The translations under genes and the position numbers were made by a program. From a virus (taxonomy: Duplodnaviria; Caudoviricetes), in IMG/VR virus record IMGVR_UViG_3300029305_004466: DNA of 64,000 nt; one strand, written 5' to 3'. Under the pieces are notes generated by a model that saw nothing but the letters and a program-made list of their open reading frames with translations, was not told where the DNA came from and searched no databases. How positions within the stretch are numbered: the first letter of the stretch is position 1; the number at the start of each line of letters is the position of its first letter. This document shows positions 18,406-28,900 of the stretch, piece after piece.

Positions 18406-20685
18406 CTACAATGTAGTGAATTCTAGTTCGTAATTGTGAAGCACTGGAGTTATCCAGAAATCTCTTTTGGAATTTTTTCTAAAGATTGCTTTAAGTCTTA
18501 CTTTAGAATCAAAGCTTGGGTAATTTACTTCTATTTTTTCAGACTTTAAAATTGGTCTGTTAAAATAAATGTTTTTGCCATTTGTATAGTACTGAAGTTT
18601 ATTGGTTTTTGTATTAAAGTTTTTATAACTTTCAGAAGGGTTAAACTTATTTGTCACACATTCAATTTGCGTAGTCTTTTCATTTGTTTGGATTATAACG
18701 TTTCCTGTGTCTATGTTAATTATTTTAACATAACTTGAAGTTGAATCAGGATTGTTATGATTATAGTAAGGATAGTTATTTAATTCATAAGCTGAAGCAC
18801 CCGTGCCATTGATAACTTCATATGAATTATTGGCTATAGGATTATCATCAACAATGAATTTTAATTCTTTAGAGTCTTCTGTTGGCATATAAGATACGGT
18901 ATATAAAGCGAAATGGTCTATGTTAGATATTTCAATCGCTTCAACGTTACCATTTTTATCTGTTCTTAAAATATAATCAACGTCTTCTGTTAAGACGGTA
19001 TCATCCATTCTTACGATTGGACGTTGCATTACTTTTTTGAGGTTGCCATCTTTGTCATAAGTATCTACGTTACCACATACAGCTTTATGTCTTAAATAAC
19101 AATAAGCGTAATCAAGCTGGAGTCTTTCACATTCTACATATGTTTTATTTTTAGGACATATTGAATGCCAGTCACTATAGGTTGGGTTTTCTTTTGTCGT
19201 TACATAATATTCAATGTCAGACATTATTCTACCATTATCTTCAGACATAAAATGTTCTTCAGTGGTCGTGATAGATAAGGATTTAATACTGCCTGCCGTT
19301 TGAATTTCTTTTGTTACATAAACGCTTGCTTGCTGAAACTCACAATAATTAGGGATGATATTATAAAAACCATATGTATATTGGTACTTTGTCACAGGAA
19401 GCATTTTGTTTTTATTATTGATAAGTAAATTGTTAATATCAATGTTTTTATTGGTATTAATCTTATTATTAATATACAGCCAAATCGGGTCGTCTGCTGT
19501 TCTATCTAAGTACAGAGGCTTGAATATGGTTGTATTATCCATTAACAAATCTTTGTCTTCTGCTTTTGTAGCATTAAACCAAAGTTCGTTTTTAAACATT
19601 TGGTCTGAAGATATTAAGTAAGTATCCTTAATACAATGTAATTGGTTGATTAAAATATATAATCTCTTACATTTGATTTCAGGAAAATGAAAACTGTATT
19701 CTTTTCTTAATGTGCTCACATCAAGCCATGGGTACTTCGTATTGTGCGGATATAGCACATCATAACAATCGTCATCTTCATTGTCTGTTAAAGAATATCT
19801 GATTGCTATTACGTCTATAGGATAACTACCAAAAGGATTTAATACGAGCTCATTTATTTTTGTCATGGCTTCGAATTGAATACATATTTCACACAATGCT
19901 CCCTTTGGATAATCATAGAAGGAACGATTATAATTTACTAAGTATTCATAATCCTCAAAACCCATTCCTTGTATTTTCATTTCATCATCACAAAGAATAG
20001 TTTCAGCCCAATAGCTTGCTTTGGAAGTATCTATGGCATTCTCCAATTTTGTTTCTGAATTTCGAACCTTGATAAAACCAGAACCATATTGCTTGGTTAA
20101 GAATATTTCTCCAAGTTGTACGCCTGATTTATACATTAAAACGTTTTGCTGTCTTGTATAATTCAACGTTAATGTTTCTTGCTCAGGATTATATTTGGTA
20201 TATACCTCATCCGGCACGAGCTCTCCGTAACGTTCTGTATAATATTTTTTATCGGTTTCTTGATTGTTAGAAGTTCTGAAGTTATCAATGAAATGCTCTG
20301 GATGACCTTCCATACTTATTACTGCTTCAACTTCAGTAAGTTTGTCGTTTAAAATACCAATAGTAGATTTCATTGTATTTATGATACTCTGGTTTAACTT
20401 TTGGTGTTTATTCAGTGTATCGTAAAGCTGGTTAATGTAATCAAAGGTTGTTAAAATATCAAGGTACAATTCGTATGATGTCTTATTGTAAGCATCTGCA
20501 TCAGTAATACCAGACTGTAAACGTAAATTAGTAGTCAATGTTTTTGACTCCATATCAGATAACAGTTCTGATTTATATGCGGCTTTTTGTAATTCAGACA
20601 TATGCCCCATGTTTAACAGCTCTTCTATAATTTTATCTACCATTTTTTCTCTAATAGAATTTAACGTATTATCTTGTATCTGCAT
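18406..20685 (-). CDS. Virion structural protein (paralogous family)
   Basis: ATG 20685 after AGGAGGA; NAIDTSKASYW; TPVLHNYEL. Confidence 0.65.
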   Translation of the reverse strand: MQIQDNTLNSIREKMVDKIIEELLNMGHMSELQKAAYKSELLSDMESKTLTTNLRLQSGITDADAYNKTSYELYLDILTTFDYINQLYDTLNKHQKLNQSIINTMKSTIGILNDKLTEVEAVISMEGHPEHFIDNFRTSNNQETDKKYYTERYGELVPDEVYTKYNPEQETLTLNYTRQQNVLMYKSGVQLGEIFLTKQYGSGFIKVRNSETKLENAIDTSKASYWAETILCDDEMKIQGMGFEDYEYLVNYNRSFYDYPKGALCEICIQFEAMTKINELVLNPFGSYPIDVIAIRYSLTDNEDDDCYDVLYPHNTKYPWLDVSTLRKEYSFHFPEIKCKRLYILINQLHCIKDTYLISSDQMFKNELWFNATKAEDKDLLMDNTTIFKPLYLDRTADDPIWLYINNKINTNKNIDINNLLINNKNKMLPVTKYQYTYGFYNIIPNYCEFQQASVYVTKEIQTAGSIKSLSITTTEEHFMSEDNGRIMSDIEYYVTTKENPTYSDWHSICPKNKTYVECERLQLDYAYCYLRHKAVCGNVDTYDKDGNLKKVMQRPIVRMDDTVLTEDVDYILRTDKNGNVEAIEISNIDHFALYTVSYMPTEDSKELKFIVDDNPIANNSYEVINGTGASAYELNNYPYYNHNNPDSTSSYVKIINIDTGNVIIQTNEKTTQIECVTNKFNPSESYKNFNTKTNKLQYYTNGKNIYFNRPILKSEKIEVNYPSFDSKVRLKAIFRKNSKRDFWITPVLHNYELEFTTL

Positions 20686-20695
20686 ACCAATCCTC

Positions 20696-22507
20696 CTAGA
20701 GTAGATTTCTTTGAGCATAGAAATCACATTTTATTTGTCCATCTATTATTTCATTAGGTAGTTTAGCTTTTTCTATTAAAGGTTGGAATTTGATATACAT
20801 TTTATTATCACTTGTAATTCCACTACTTATAATAAATTCATTTGTTATATATGGTAATTTCACTGCATTATTATTATATAATAATTCTGCTTGCATTTCT
20901 ACAGTATTACCATTATAGTTTGTATCCATTAAGGTATAGTCTATTATGGATTCTTGTGGTTCTGGATTTATTTCATCACTAAAAGTTAATCCTATAAATT
21001 TAATATCAAGGAATTTAGAATTCTGTTGAGAGAAACAGCCATATCCATAAGAAGACGGCTGTGTAAATTCATTGGCGTATTGTGTGCTATTAAGGTCTAA
21101 TGTTATACATGGAGTTTCACTTATTATGTCTGAATTAGCTGCTGAACGATATATCGTAAACTTTAATCTATCTCGTACAATTTTAACTCTTACTGTTTGA
21201 TTAGACCATTCCCCTATTGAGGGAAAACTTGAATCATAAGCCAATTCTTTAGTTACACCAGAACTATAACCGTAACCATACATTACGCAAAAATTATGAG
21301 GTGTATTAGTATGGCTTGTTAAAGTACCTGTTACGTTTAAAGTTATAGGATATACATTGCCAGTTTCTTCATCAATGTATGTGGCAAGTACAATACTTAT
21401 TGTATCATTATCACCATCTGAAGAAGTTAATGTAACTTCATGTGTATACTTATTAAATTTAGATGAACTTAAAAACATTGTATGATATGTCGTGTCGTTA
21501 ATTAAACAAACAACACTACCTACGCTTGCATCATAACTCCATCTACTAGTTTTATCTGTACCAGAAAAATATGTAGTGGTACTTCCAGCTAAAGCAACAA
21601 CATCAGAACCATCGTACATAGCTTGCATTGAATCTCCGTTACTAGAAGATACGTCACTTTCTGTATACGTTAAGAAATCTTCTATTTTAAAGTATTGAGT
21701 AAATGCATGTAATGAATTATTGTTAGCGATATCTTTTATATTGTCAAATAAAGCTTTATCCGGTTTTGGTTTAATTGTTTCTTTAATAGGTCTTAATTCT
21801 ATTATCTTATCATCTGTATATTTTTGTAATACTTTTTTTAATTCAGAATCTAAGTGTCTTATATATTTTTTTATATCATCAAATTCTATAATCATGTTTC
21901 TAATTGTTTTTTCATAGGTATCATAAGTGTTTCTTAATTCCGTTTTTCTGATTGTGAGCAATTGTAATAAAGGTAATATTATAGACATTAGCTGTTCAAG
22001 TTCTATTAAATCTATTTGGTCTTTTGTACCTGTATAAATTATTTTATCTAATACTTTTAAATTTGTATGTAAGTGTTTTGAATAACCTGTCACTTCTTTT
22101 TTGAGACTGTCTAAAGTTTCTCGTAACTCATTAACGTTTTTAATTAAATGATTATGTGCTGTTGGTTCTCTTTTATCATTTAATCTTGGGTCATTTCCTT
22201 CACATATTGTATCTTTTTCAATTCCAAAATCTTTATTAAAAGCAGTCTTTTTATCAAATGCTCTTTCTCCATTAAGACTTCGAATATCAATATTTACGAT
22301 ACCCGCTTTATTATTTAAAGCATCCACTCCGCTTCTTTCGTAAAGGATTGTGTTTTTGTATCTAGTAATTGCCTCTGTAATAATAGCATTAATAGTTTCT
22401 TTATTATTTAGTTCCTCTATATCAAAATATCTTTTGACTATTCTCAAAAGATATCTTTCTACATTATCAAGTTCTTTAACGTAATAGTTATTATCTTTTT
22501 CAAGCAT
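20696..22507 (-). CDS. Tail fibre-like protein
   Basis: CEGNDPRLND.R.P.AHNH tail-repeat motif, coiled coil, beta-rich C-terminal domain. Confidence 0.65.
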   Translation of the reverse strand: MLEKDNNYYVKELDNVERYLLRIVKRYFDIEELNNKETINAIITEAITRYKNTILYERSGVDALNNKAGIVNIDIRSLNGERAFDKKTAFNKDFGIEKDTICEGNDPRLNDKREPTAHNHLIKNVNELRETLDSLKKEVTGYSKHLHTNLKVLDKIIYTGTKDQIDLIELEQLMSIILPLLQLLTIRKTELRNTYDTYEKTIRNMIIEFDDIKKYIRHLDSELKKVLQKYTDDKIIELRPIKETIKPKPDKALFDNIKDIANNNSLHAFTQYFKIEDFLTYTESDVSSSNGDSMQAMYDGSDVVALAGSTTTYFSGTDKTSRWSYDASVGSVVCLINDTTYHTMFLSSSKFNKYTHEVTLTSSDGDNDTISIVLATYIDEETGNVYPITLNVTGTLTSHTNTPHNFCVMYGYGYSSGVTKELAYDSSFPSIGEWSNQTVRVKIVRDRLKFTIYRSAANSDIISETPCITLDLNSTQYANEFTQPSSYGYGCFSQQNSKFLDIKFIGLTFSDEINPEPQESIIDYTLMDTNYNGNTVEMQAELLYNNNAVKLPYITNEFIISSGITSDNKMYIKFQPLIEKAKLPNEIIDGQIKCDFYAQRNLL

Positions 22508-23679
22508 TATTGAATCTCCTTAAAACTATTAATTACACTTATTCTTACTTTTATAGAAGCATTTTTAAGGTAATCAGCCCAATTTGTAATGTTCTCATTT
22601 TTTGTACTCATTACGTTAATGGTTCCGAAATAAAATGAAGTCTTTATAGTATAAGATATACTTTCATTTTCTGTTATGATAACAGGTAAATTAGTAGTAA
22701 CTTCTTTTTTTAAGTCTGGGTCAGTATATGTAATATAGTAATCTATTTTATACTGAGCATCTGTATATTCTTTTAATTCTTCATTAATCTCTTCTGGAAG
22801 ACTGGAATAAAATTGTCCATTTGCATTTATGAAGTCAGTAATTACACCTTCATATAAAATATGATACTGGGTATTTAATGCCTGAATTAAATTATTATAG
22901 TCATCTTTTGATATTTTCTTTTCTAATTCTTCTTCTACTTCTTCTTTAAATTCTTGTAATTCGGTATCAAAATATTCTTTAACTTGTGCTTCTAATAAAC
23001 TATCTTGTTCTCGTGCATATGCTTTTATTTCTTCAGAATTATATTGCTCTAATATTTCTCTTATTTCGGTTATCAAAGCTGGCATTTTTTGATTAACATC
23101 TGTAATAACTTCTTCAGCGTCTGTTATTTTTTCGTTAATCATGTCTTCTGCTTTTTCTAATAGAATTAAATCTATTACATCTTTGGTCCCGGAGTAAATA
23201 AGTTTATCCAAAACCTTTTTATTGTCGTGAGAGTGGTTCTGGTCATCAAGTGCATTGATTAAATTTCTTAAATTACTGAGCTCGCCTTCAAGACCATTTA
23301 TCTCTGAAATTTCATGAGTATGTTCAAGAGGTTGTCTTTTATCATACAATCTAGGGTCATCGCCTTCACAGGCAGTGCCTTCTGTTGTTCCAAAGTTTAC
23401 ATTAAACGCATTTCTTTTAGGGGAGATTAAAGGCTCTCCCCCAAGTTCTTCAAGAGTTATAGTAACATTACCTGTTTTACCATTTACGCTTATAACACCT
23501 GCATTATCTATGGTGAGTTCTTCACGCATTCGCTCTACGGCTTTTTTAATAATATATTCTTTGGAATCGTTATCTACGTTATTAGATTCAAAGAAACGCT
23601 TTATTATATCTAACAAATAACGTTCTACACTATCTGTGCCTTTTATATAATTACCATTACTTAATTCTTCTATTCTCAT
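22507..23679 (-). CDS. Tail fibre-like protein, paralog of the downstream gene
   Basis: GVISVNGKTGNVTIT and CEGDDPRLYDKRQPLEHTHEISEINGL motifs. Confidence 0.7.
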   Translation of the reverse strand: MRIEELSNGNYIKGTDSVERYLLDIIKRFFESNNVDNDSKEYIIKKAVERMREELTIDNAGVISVNGKTGNVTITLEELGGEPLISPKRNAFNVNFGTTEGTACEGDDPRLYDKRQPLEHTHEISEINGLEGELSNLRNLINALDDQNHSHDNKKVLDKLIYSGTKDVIDLILLEKAEDMINEKITDAEEVITDVNQKMPALITEIREILEQYNSEEIKAYAREQDSLLEAQVKEYFDTELQEFKEEVEEELEKKISKDDYNNLIQALNTQYHILYEGVITDFINANGQFYSSLPEEINEELKEYTDAQYKIDYYITYTDPDLKKEVTTNLPVIITENESISYTIKTSFYFGTINVMSTKNENITNWADYLKNASIKVRISVINSFKEIQ

Positions 23680-24038
23680 GATGACGCTCCTGAATTATTA
23701 TTGATTAAAGCCTGCAATTCATTGTTAAGTCTTGTATAGTCTTCATCTATGTCGCCATTGGTACTAGCAGAACGCTGCTCAACAGTTGTAACAACATTTT
23801 CAATCTGATTCTTAGAATTGAGATAATCTTGATACCCCAGTTTAACCAGTTGTGTTAAATTAGAATCTGGGTATACAGTCTTTGTAAAAGCAAGCCTGTT
23901 ATCATTTTCTGGATTATAGTATAAGGATACTGTATCAAGAGGTTCTCTAACTTCTACTACTTTATCCTGCTGAGCTCGGTCACGTACAATTATTGTTATA
24001 CCGTCACTGTTACTGTCATCGCCAATGGCTGTCTCAGG
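23676..24038 (-). CDS. Start-less 120-codon frame; probable +1 frameshift extension of 24034..24693
   Basis: Open from CCT at TTT CCC TGA to a TGA overlapping the next ATG; no usable start codon. Confidence 0.7.
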   Translation of the reverse strand, partial: PETAIGDDSNSDGITIIVRDRAQQDKVVEVREPLDTVSLYYNPENDNRLAFTKTVYPDSNLTQLVKLGYQDYLNSKNQIENVVTTVEQRSASTNGDIDEDYTRLNNELQALINNNSGASS

Positions 24039-24693
24039 GAAAACGCTGGAGGTCAGGATTTGTTAAACCGTAGTCTTTTTCAACCTGTGCATCCCAATAT
24101 AATATAGCGTAGCCATTTATTATTGGACTTTCTCCTAAGGCGTTCTTTGTTATTTCGGTTACTAACTCAAAACCGTATTTAATATTACTTGATAAGTGCA
24201 GTGGAGTTTTTAAAGCATTAGGGCTTATCGGGTATCTTTCTCCACTTATAAGTTTTAAATAATATTTAATACCAGCTCCAACTGGGACGTATTGGTTAGT
24301 AATCAAGAAAAAGTCATTTAATTCTATTTCTTCTCCATGAACACTATGTATTTTTGTACTTGTAATAGTACAAGAGGCATTCCTGCTATCTACATATACG
24401 TTTTTTAATTTAGGGTCTAATACATGATTTTCTGAGTCTACTTTGTTTATGTATTGCCCATTTTCATAGACATCTATAAACATGGCATTTGTATATAAGT
24501 TATTCTCGAATATAGTATAGACACGTTCTTGGAATGCTGTATCTTTAAGAAGGTTGGAATCTTCTTGTTGTGTATTTATATTTTGTTGTATCTGATTAAC
24601 GTCCTGTGCGTCTATTCTTTCTGTTGAATTGTTTACATGTCTTTTATATTTGGTATACCGTCTTGTAGTATCCACATTATTTAAAGTTGCCAT
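24034..24693 (-). CDS. Virion structural protein ending in TTT CCC TGA
   Basis: RBS AGGAG; IDAQDVNQIQ and SPIINGYAI motifs. Confidence 0.75.
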   Translation of the reverse strand: MATLNNVDTTRRYTKYKRHVNNSTERIDAQDVNQIQQNINTQQEDSNLLKDTAFQERVYTIFENNLYTNAMFIDVYENGQYINKVDSENHVLDPKLKNVYVDSRNASCTITSTKIHSVHGEEIELNDFFLITNQYVPVGAGIKYYLKLISGERYPISPNALKTPLHLSSNIKYGFELVTEITKNALGESPIINGYAILYWDAQVEKDYGLTNPDLQRFP

Positions 24694-24707
24694 TTATACC
24701 ATCTCCT

Positions 24708-25859
24708 TTAAGTTTCTACGATTAAAACACAAGGTTCTGAATACTTGCCGTATACATCCTGTATATAGAATGTGTAATTGTAAACTGCTCCACCTATAGC
24801 ATCAAAGTCTACGTTTATTGTTTTCTGTACTGATGATTCATTAAATATAGCTACTTTTTCTTTTTCATCTATATTGTATTTATTGCAGCCATATTTTCTA
24901 TGCTGTGCTATATCATAGAATATTCCGTTCTTACGAATAACTGTTAATGCTAATTTATCTGTTTCTGAAATATCTATTGGAGTTTCTTTATCTGTAACTC
25001 TTGTTACATCTTTTTTAAAGATTAACATTCTTTCGTTTGATACTGGTAAAGAACTTTGATAAGTAGGTTCACTGTAATCCCCGTACTTGTTATCATATAT
25101 GTTACGCACCTTAAATGATTTCAATTTTCTGTAATTGTATTCTGCATTTTCCATACGCCATATGTTAGGAATTTTTAAAGCAATGTGATTAAATAAATTA
25201 GCACATCTGGTGTCTACTTCTATTTCAACATCGCTGAAAATATTAACAGCCTCTACAAATGGGCTTCCGTATCTGTTATAAGTAATGGAGTTATCTATAT
25301 CACCAAAAACTATTTCGGTATTCCAATCTGGGTTTGCAATGTTATACCATGTGTCATTCATTTTACCAGTGTAATTATCACAAGCAAGAATCTCTCTAGT
25401 TCCCTCTTTTTGATAATCAGATAATAGAATCTCTGCCTTTACTTGTGATAAATGAGTAATTAAATTACTGGTTTCATCTACGCCTATTACAGAATAGTAA
25501 TACATAATCCCGTTGTATTCGAGTTCTAATGGAACAAGTTTTACAACAAAAGAACTTGTATAATCGTTACGTTTTTTGGTTTCTAATATTGTTTCATATT
25601 CTGTGGCAGGGATAGAAACTGGCTCTGGTCCTATGTAATTTACTCCGGCAATAGTTATACTGGATGAATCATATACTACGTATTCTCCATTTTCTAATTC
25701 TGAATCTGGATACGTTGCTTCGTCAATTATCATTGTCGGTATAATGGTTCTGATTTTTGCAATAGTATTAATGTCATTAGGATTTTTAGACCGATACACA
25801 TAAAACTTTAAGTTTTTATTATCGCTTGGTTTTATTTTTAATTTAATACTGTAAGACAT
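24708..25859 (-). CDS. Virion structural protein (beta-rich, FN3-like)
   Basis: ATG 25859 after GGGGTGA; FYVYRS...YYYSVIGVD pattern. Confidence 0.6.
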   Translation of the reverse strand: MSYSIKLKIKPSDNKNLKFYVYRSKNPNDINTIAKIRTIIPTMIIDEATYPDSELENGEYVVYDSSSITIAGVNYIGPEPVSIPATEYETILETKKRNDYTSSFVVKLVPLELEYNGIMYYYSVIGVDETSNLITHLSQVKAEILLSDYQKEGTREILACDNYTGKMNDTWYNIANPDWNTEIVFGDIDNSITYNRYGSPFVEAVNIFSDVEIEVDTRCANLFNHIALKIPNIWRMENAEYNYRKLKSFKVRNIYDNKYGDYSEPTYQSSLPVSNERMLIFKKDVTRVTDKETPIDISETDKLALTVIRKNGIFYDIAQHRKYGCNKYNIDEKEKVAIFNESSVQKTINVDFDAIGGAVYNYTFYIQDVYGKYSEPCVLIVET

Positions 25860-25877
25860 TTTTTCACCCCTTATCTT

Positions 25878-25906
25878 AAAAAGCGGGATGCTTTTACACA
25901 TCCCGC
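25878..25906 (-). terminator. Putative intrinsic terminator
   Basis: - strand GCGGGATG-TGTAAAAG-CATCCCGC-TTTTT. Confidence 0.65.
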
Positions 25907-25926
25907 ATCTTAAAGTTATTATAATA

Positions 25927-28900
25927 TCAAACAGATATGCATTCAAGTGTTAATTCTGGCGTTTGGTTAATAACATTAGTGTAGGAATTTTCTACAATTA
26001 AGTTATACTGAGGCATATCGTACTTAGAGTAACTGTCAACATATTCTATGATAGAATATACACCATAGCCTAACCACTTTTTAACCTTTTCTTCTATATC
26101 TGTTTGGGTAAATCTACCGCCATATTCTTTTAAGATACTGTTATCAAGTCTTACTATGATAACTGCATTCTCTTGATATGGAGTTCCATCGTAGCAACCA
26201 ATGTCTAAATAGAAATCAGATTCTGGCTCTAATTGTTTTCTCAGAGAGTCTTTCATCTCTTCAATAACACCACCACCTCTGGTTCTTGTATCTATTAAAA
26301 CAGTAGATTGTAATGATGTATTTTGTCTTATATAAACTGAACCGATATAGATATCCCATTCTGATTCAGGTTCATATTTATCTATGGTATGATATAAAGT
26401 TTCTTCGTTGTATAACAAGATTCTGTCTTTCTCTATATCTATATCAATTAAGTCATCGTTATCAGAATCAACTCTGTATCTGATGGATGGTCTTAAATAG
26501 AAATACAACGTCTTATTAAATAAGTTCTTTGTCGGTGCTAATTCACTTGGTTCTTTATTCAAATCGCTATAAGTGTGATATTGATTAGGGTTAAGGTCTA
26601 TTCTACAGAAATCAGATGCATTTCTATAAAATCCTCTATACACATAGCACTCTTCTAAATAGGAGTAATCCACTAATATGACATCATTTTCTGATATAGC
26701 TTCTCTTGTAATAATAATACCTTCAGAGAATGAAACATATTCGATATTGATTGGATATTCATCATCCTCTTTCTTTCTTATCACCCTTATAGTGTTTGTA
26801 TCTTCTATCATCATTAATGGATGATTTCTTACTTTTATCATATGAGGATTGAGAATCTCAGCTTGTTCTTCGACTATATCCACATAAGGTTTACCGTATT
26901 TGCCCCAGTGCTGGTCGTCATATTCTGGCATAGCATAACATATTTTAGTGTGTGTCCCATACTGGTCCATTACTTGAGAGTAGTGACCAAATTGAATTAA
27001 CGGATACCATGACTCTAATAAATGTTCTTCTCGTGGGGATTTAACGGATATGTGTCTTGCATCAAGACATTTAACCATATAACCTGCATATATCTTACCA
27101 TTTTCTATGATGTAAGGATTATTGACACTTAGTTTCTTTGTATATAATCCTGTATCTTTATTGTAGAATCCTGTATCAAGAGTAGTTTCAGCCGTAAGAA
27201 TCCCAGAACCGTCTGAATTACATTTGATGTTGATAGCACCAACAAAATCAGAGTTCAGTGTATCTATAACTGGTTTACAAGAGAAAATAAACTCATGGGC
27301 ATTTTCTGGAGTAACTATAGGAGCATCATTCAAAAGAGCTTGGTCTTTGATGATAATATCATATGGCGACATGTAATATTCGCCATCCTTAGGAGAAATT
27401 ATCATTGCTCTTTCAATAAACTTTTTATGTTCAGATTCTACTGCATACTCTTTATTTAATATTTGTGCTTGGCGTTTATTACTAACAAATACTTTTTCGA
27501 TACCATTTTCTATTTTACTGGCAGTAACTTGATATTCAAATGTAACGTATTTTCTTGTATCTTCTATAATATTAGGGTTATTTATTTTTATCTTATTCTT
27601 TCTTGTAACTTTATTTACAGATACTATAGAATAATCTTTATTATTAACCATAAACGGATAATTATAAACATCTTCAATCATTCCATTATTAGCATCAACA
27701 TTATCTGAATCTACAAAAGCATTATAAGTTGCTTTATAAGTATCTGTTGTCTTTGATATGAATGAAGTATATACAGACACTCCATACTTTTTAACTTTTT
27801 CAACTTCTATTGTTTCACCATCAATTATTTCCGTAACAGTGTCGTACTCTGATGGGAATAACTTTAATTGGTATTTACAACTGGTAGGAATGTCTTTTAA
27901 ATTATTTGTATAAAGTTTTACTGCGTTTCCTTCGTAGAAGCCGTTATCATCTGGTCCTCTATAATCATAAATGGAATGTTTTAAATTATATTTGTAGAAG
28001 CACGGAACATTATCTTTAAATACATCTGTAATATAGAATTGCTCAGCTTCTATGGTATATTGTTCATTACCATTAACATCTATTTTTCTTAAATATCCTT
28101 CATCATTTGGATACATAAGAATATCGGATTCAAGTTCTGAATTTACATTGCCTACACCTTCAGATTTTGTAATAGAGCCTCTGTAATATGCAACGCCATC
28201 ATAGGTTTTCCATACTTTTCTTGCAATACCTGTATAGTGACAAGTAGCTTCCCAAGAAATAGGATAGGTATTTGTTTTCTGTTCTTCTCTTATAAGAGTA
28301 CCAGAATAATTAGCATATACATTCCAGTTATGTTCACCTTCTGTATTTGATGTACGTGTATATATCATTTTATAGCCTGCAATAATATACATTTCACGTA
28401 CCTTTACGTTTTCGCCAGTTTCAGGGTCAATTAATGGATTGCCTTCATCATCGAATGCATCCTCATCTGTATCAATATAAATTGTGTTGTAACCAGTTTG
28501 GTGTATTTCAATAGCTGTTGTTGCTCTATCTTCAGCTGAAGCAGTTTGCCATTGAGTTAATTTTTGCCCCATTGCACTAGTTTTACCGTCAATTTCAAAT
28601 TCACCACTATTCATTGTGTCTATGAAATCTTGTATTTCGGAATCGGTAATAAAACTAAATTTTTCTTCGAAGAAACTTGGTATTCCATATTCTTCTCTTA
28701 TTTTCTTGGCATAAAAAGTAATGTATCCACATTCTTCACGATATGACGGTACACCGTCAGTATGATTTTCCAATGGGTCTTTTTCTATATTAGTTAATAC
28801 AAGCGGCTCACCTTCTGGGCTGGTATATCCCCATACATTATTACCAACTTTTTTACCTTCGGCATTATATACACCATTTTCTTTTACATAAAGATAAGGA

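Noticed and set aside
23676-24038. Non-coding RNA, independent gene or TGA readthrough in the gap
   Set aside because: The +1 frame is fully open with no usable start; the 0 frame hits another TGA six codons later
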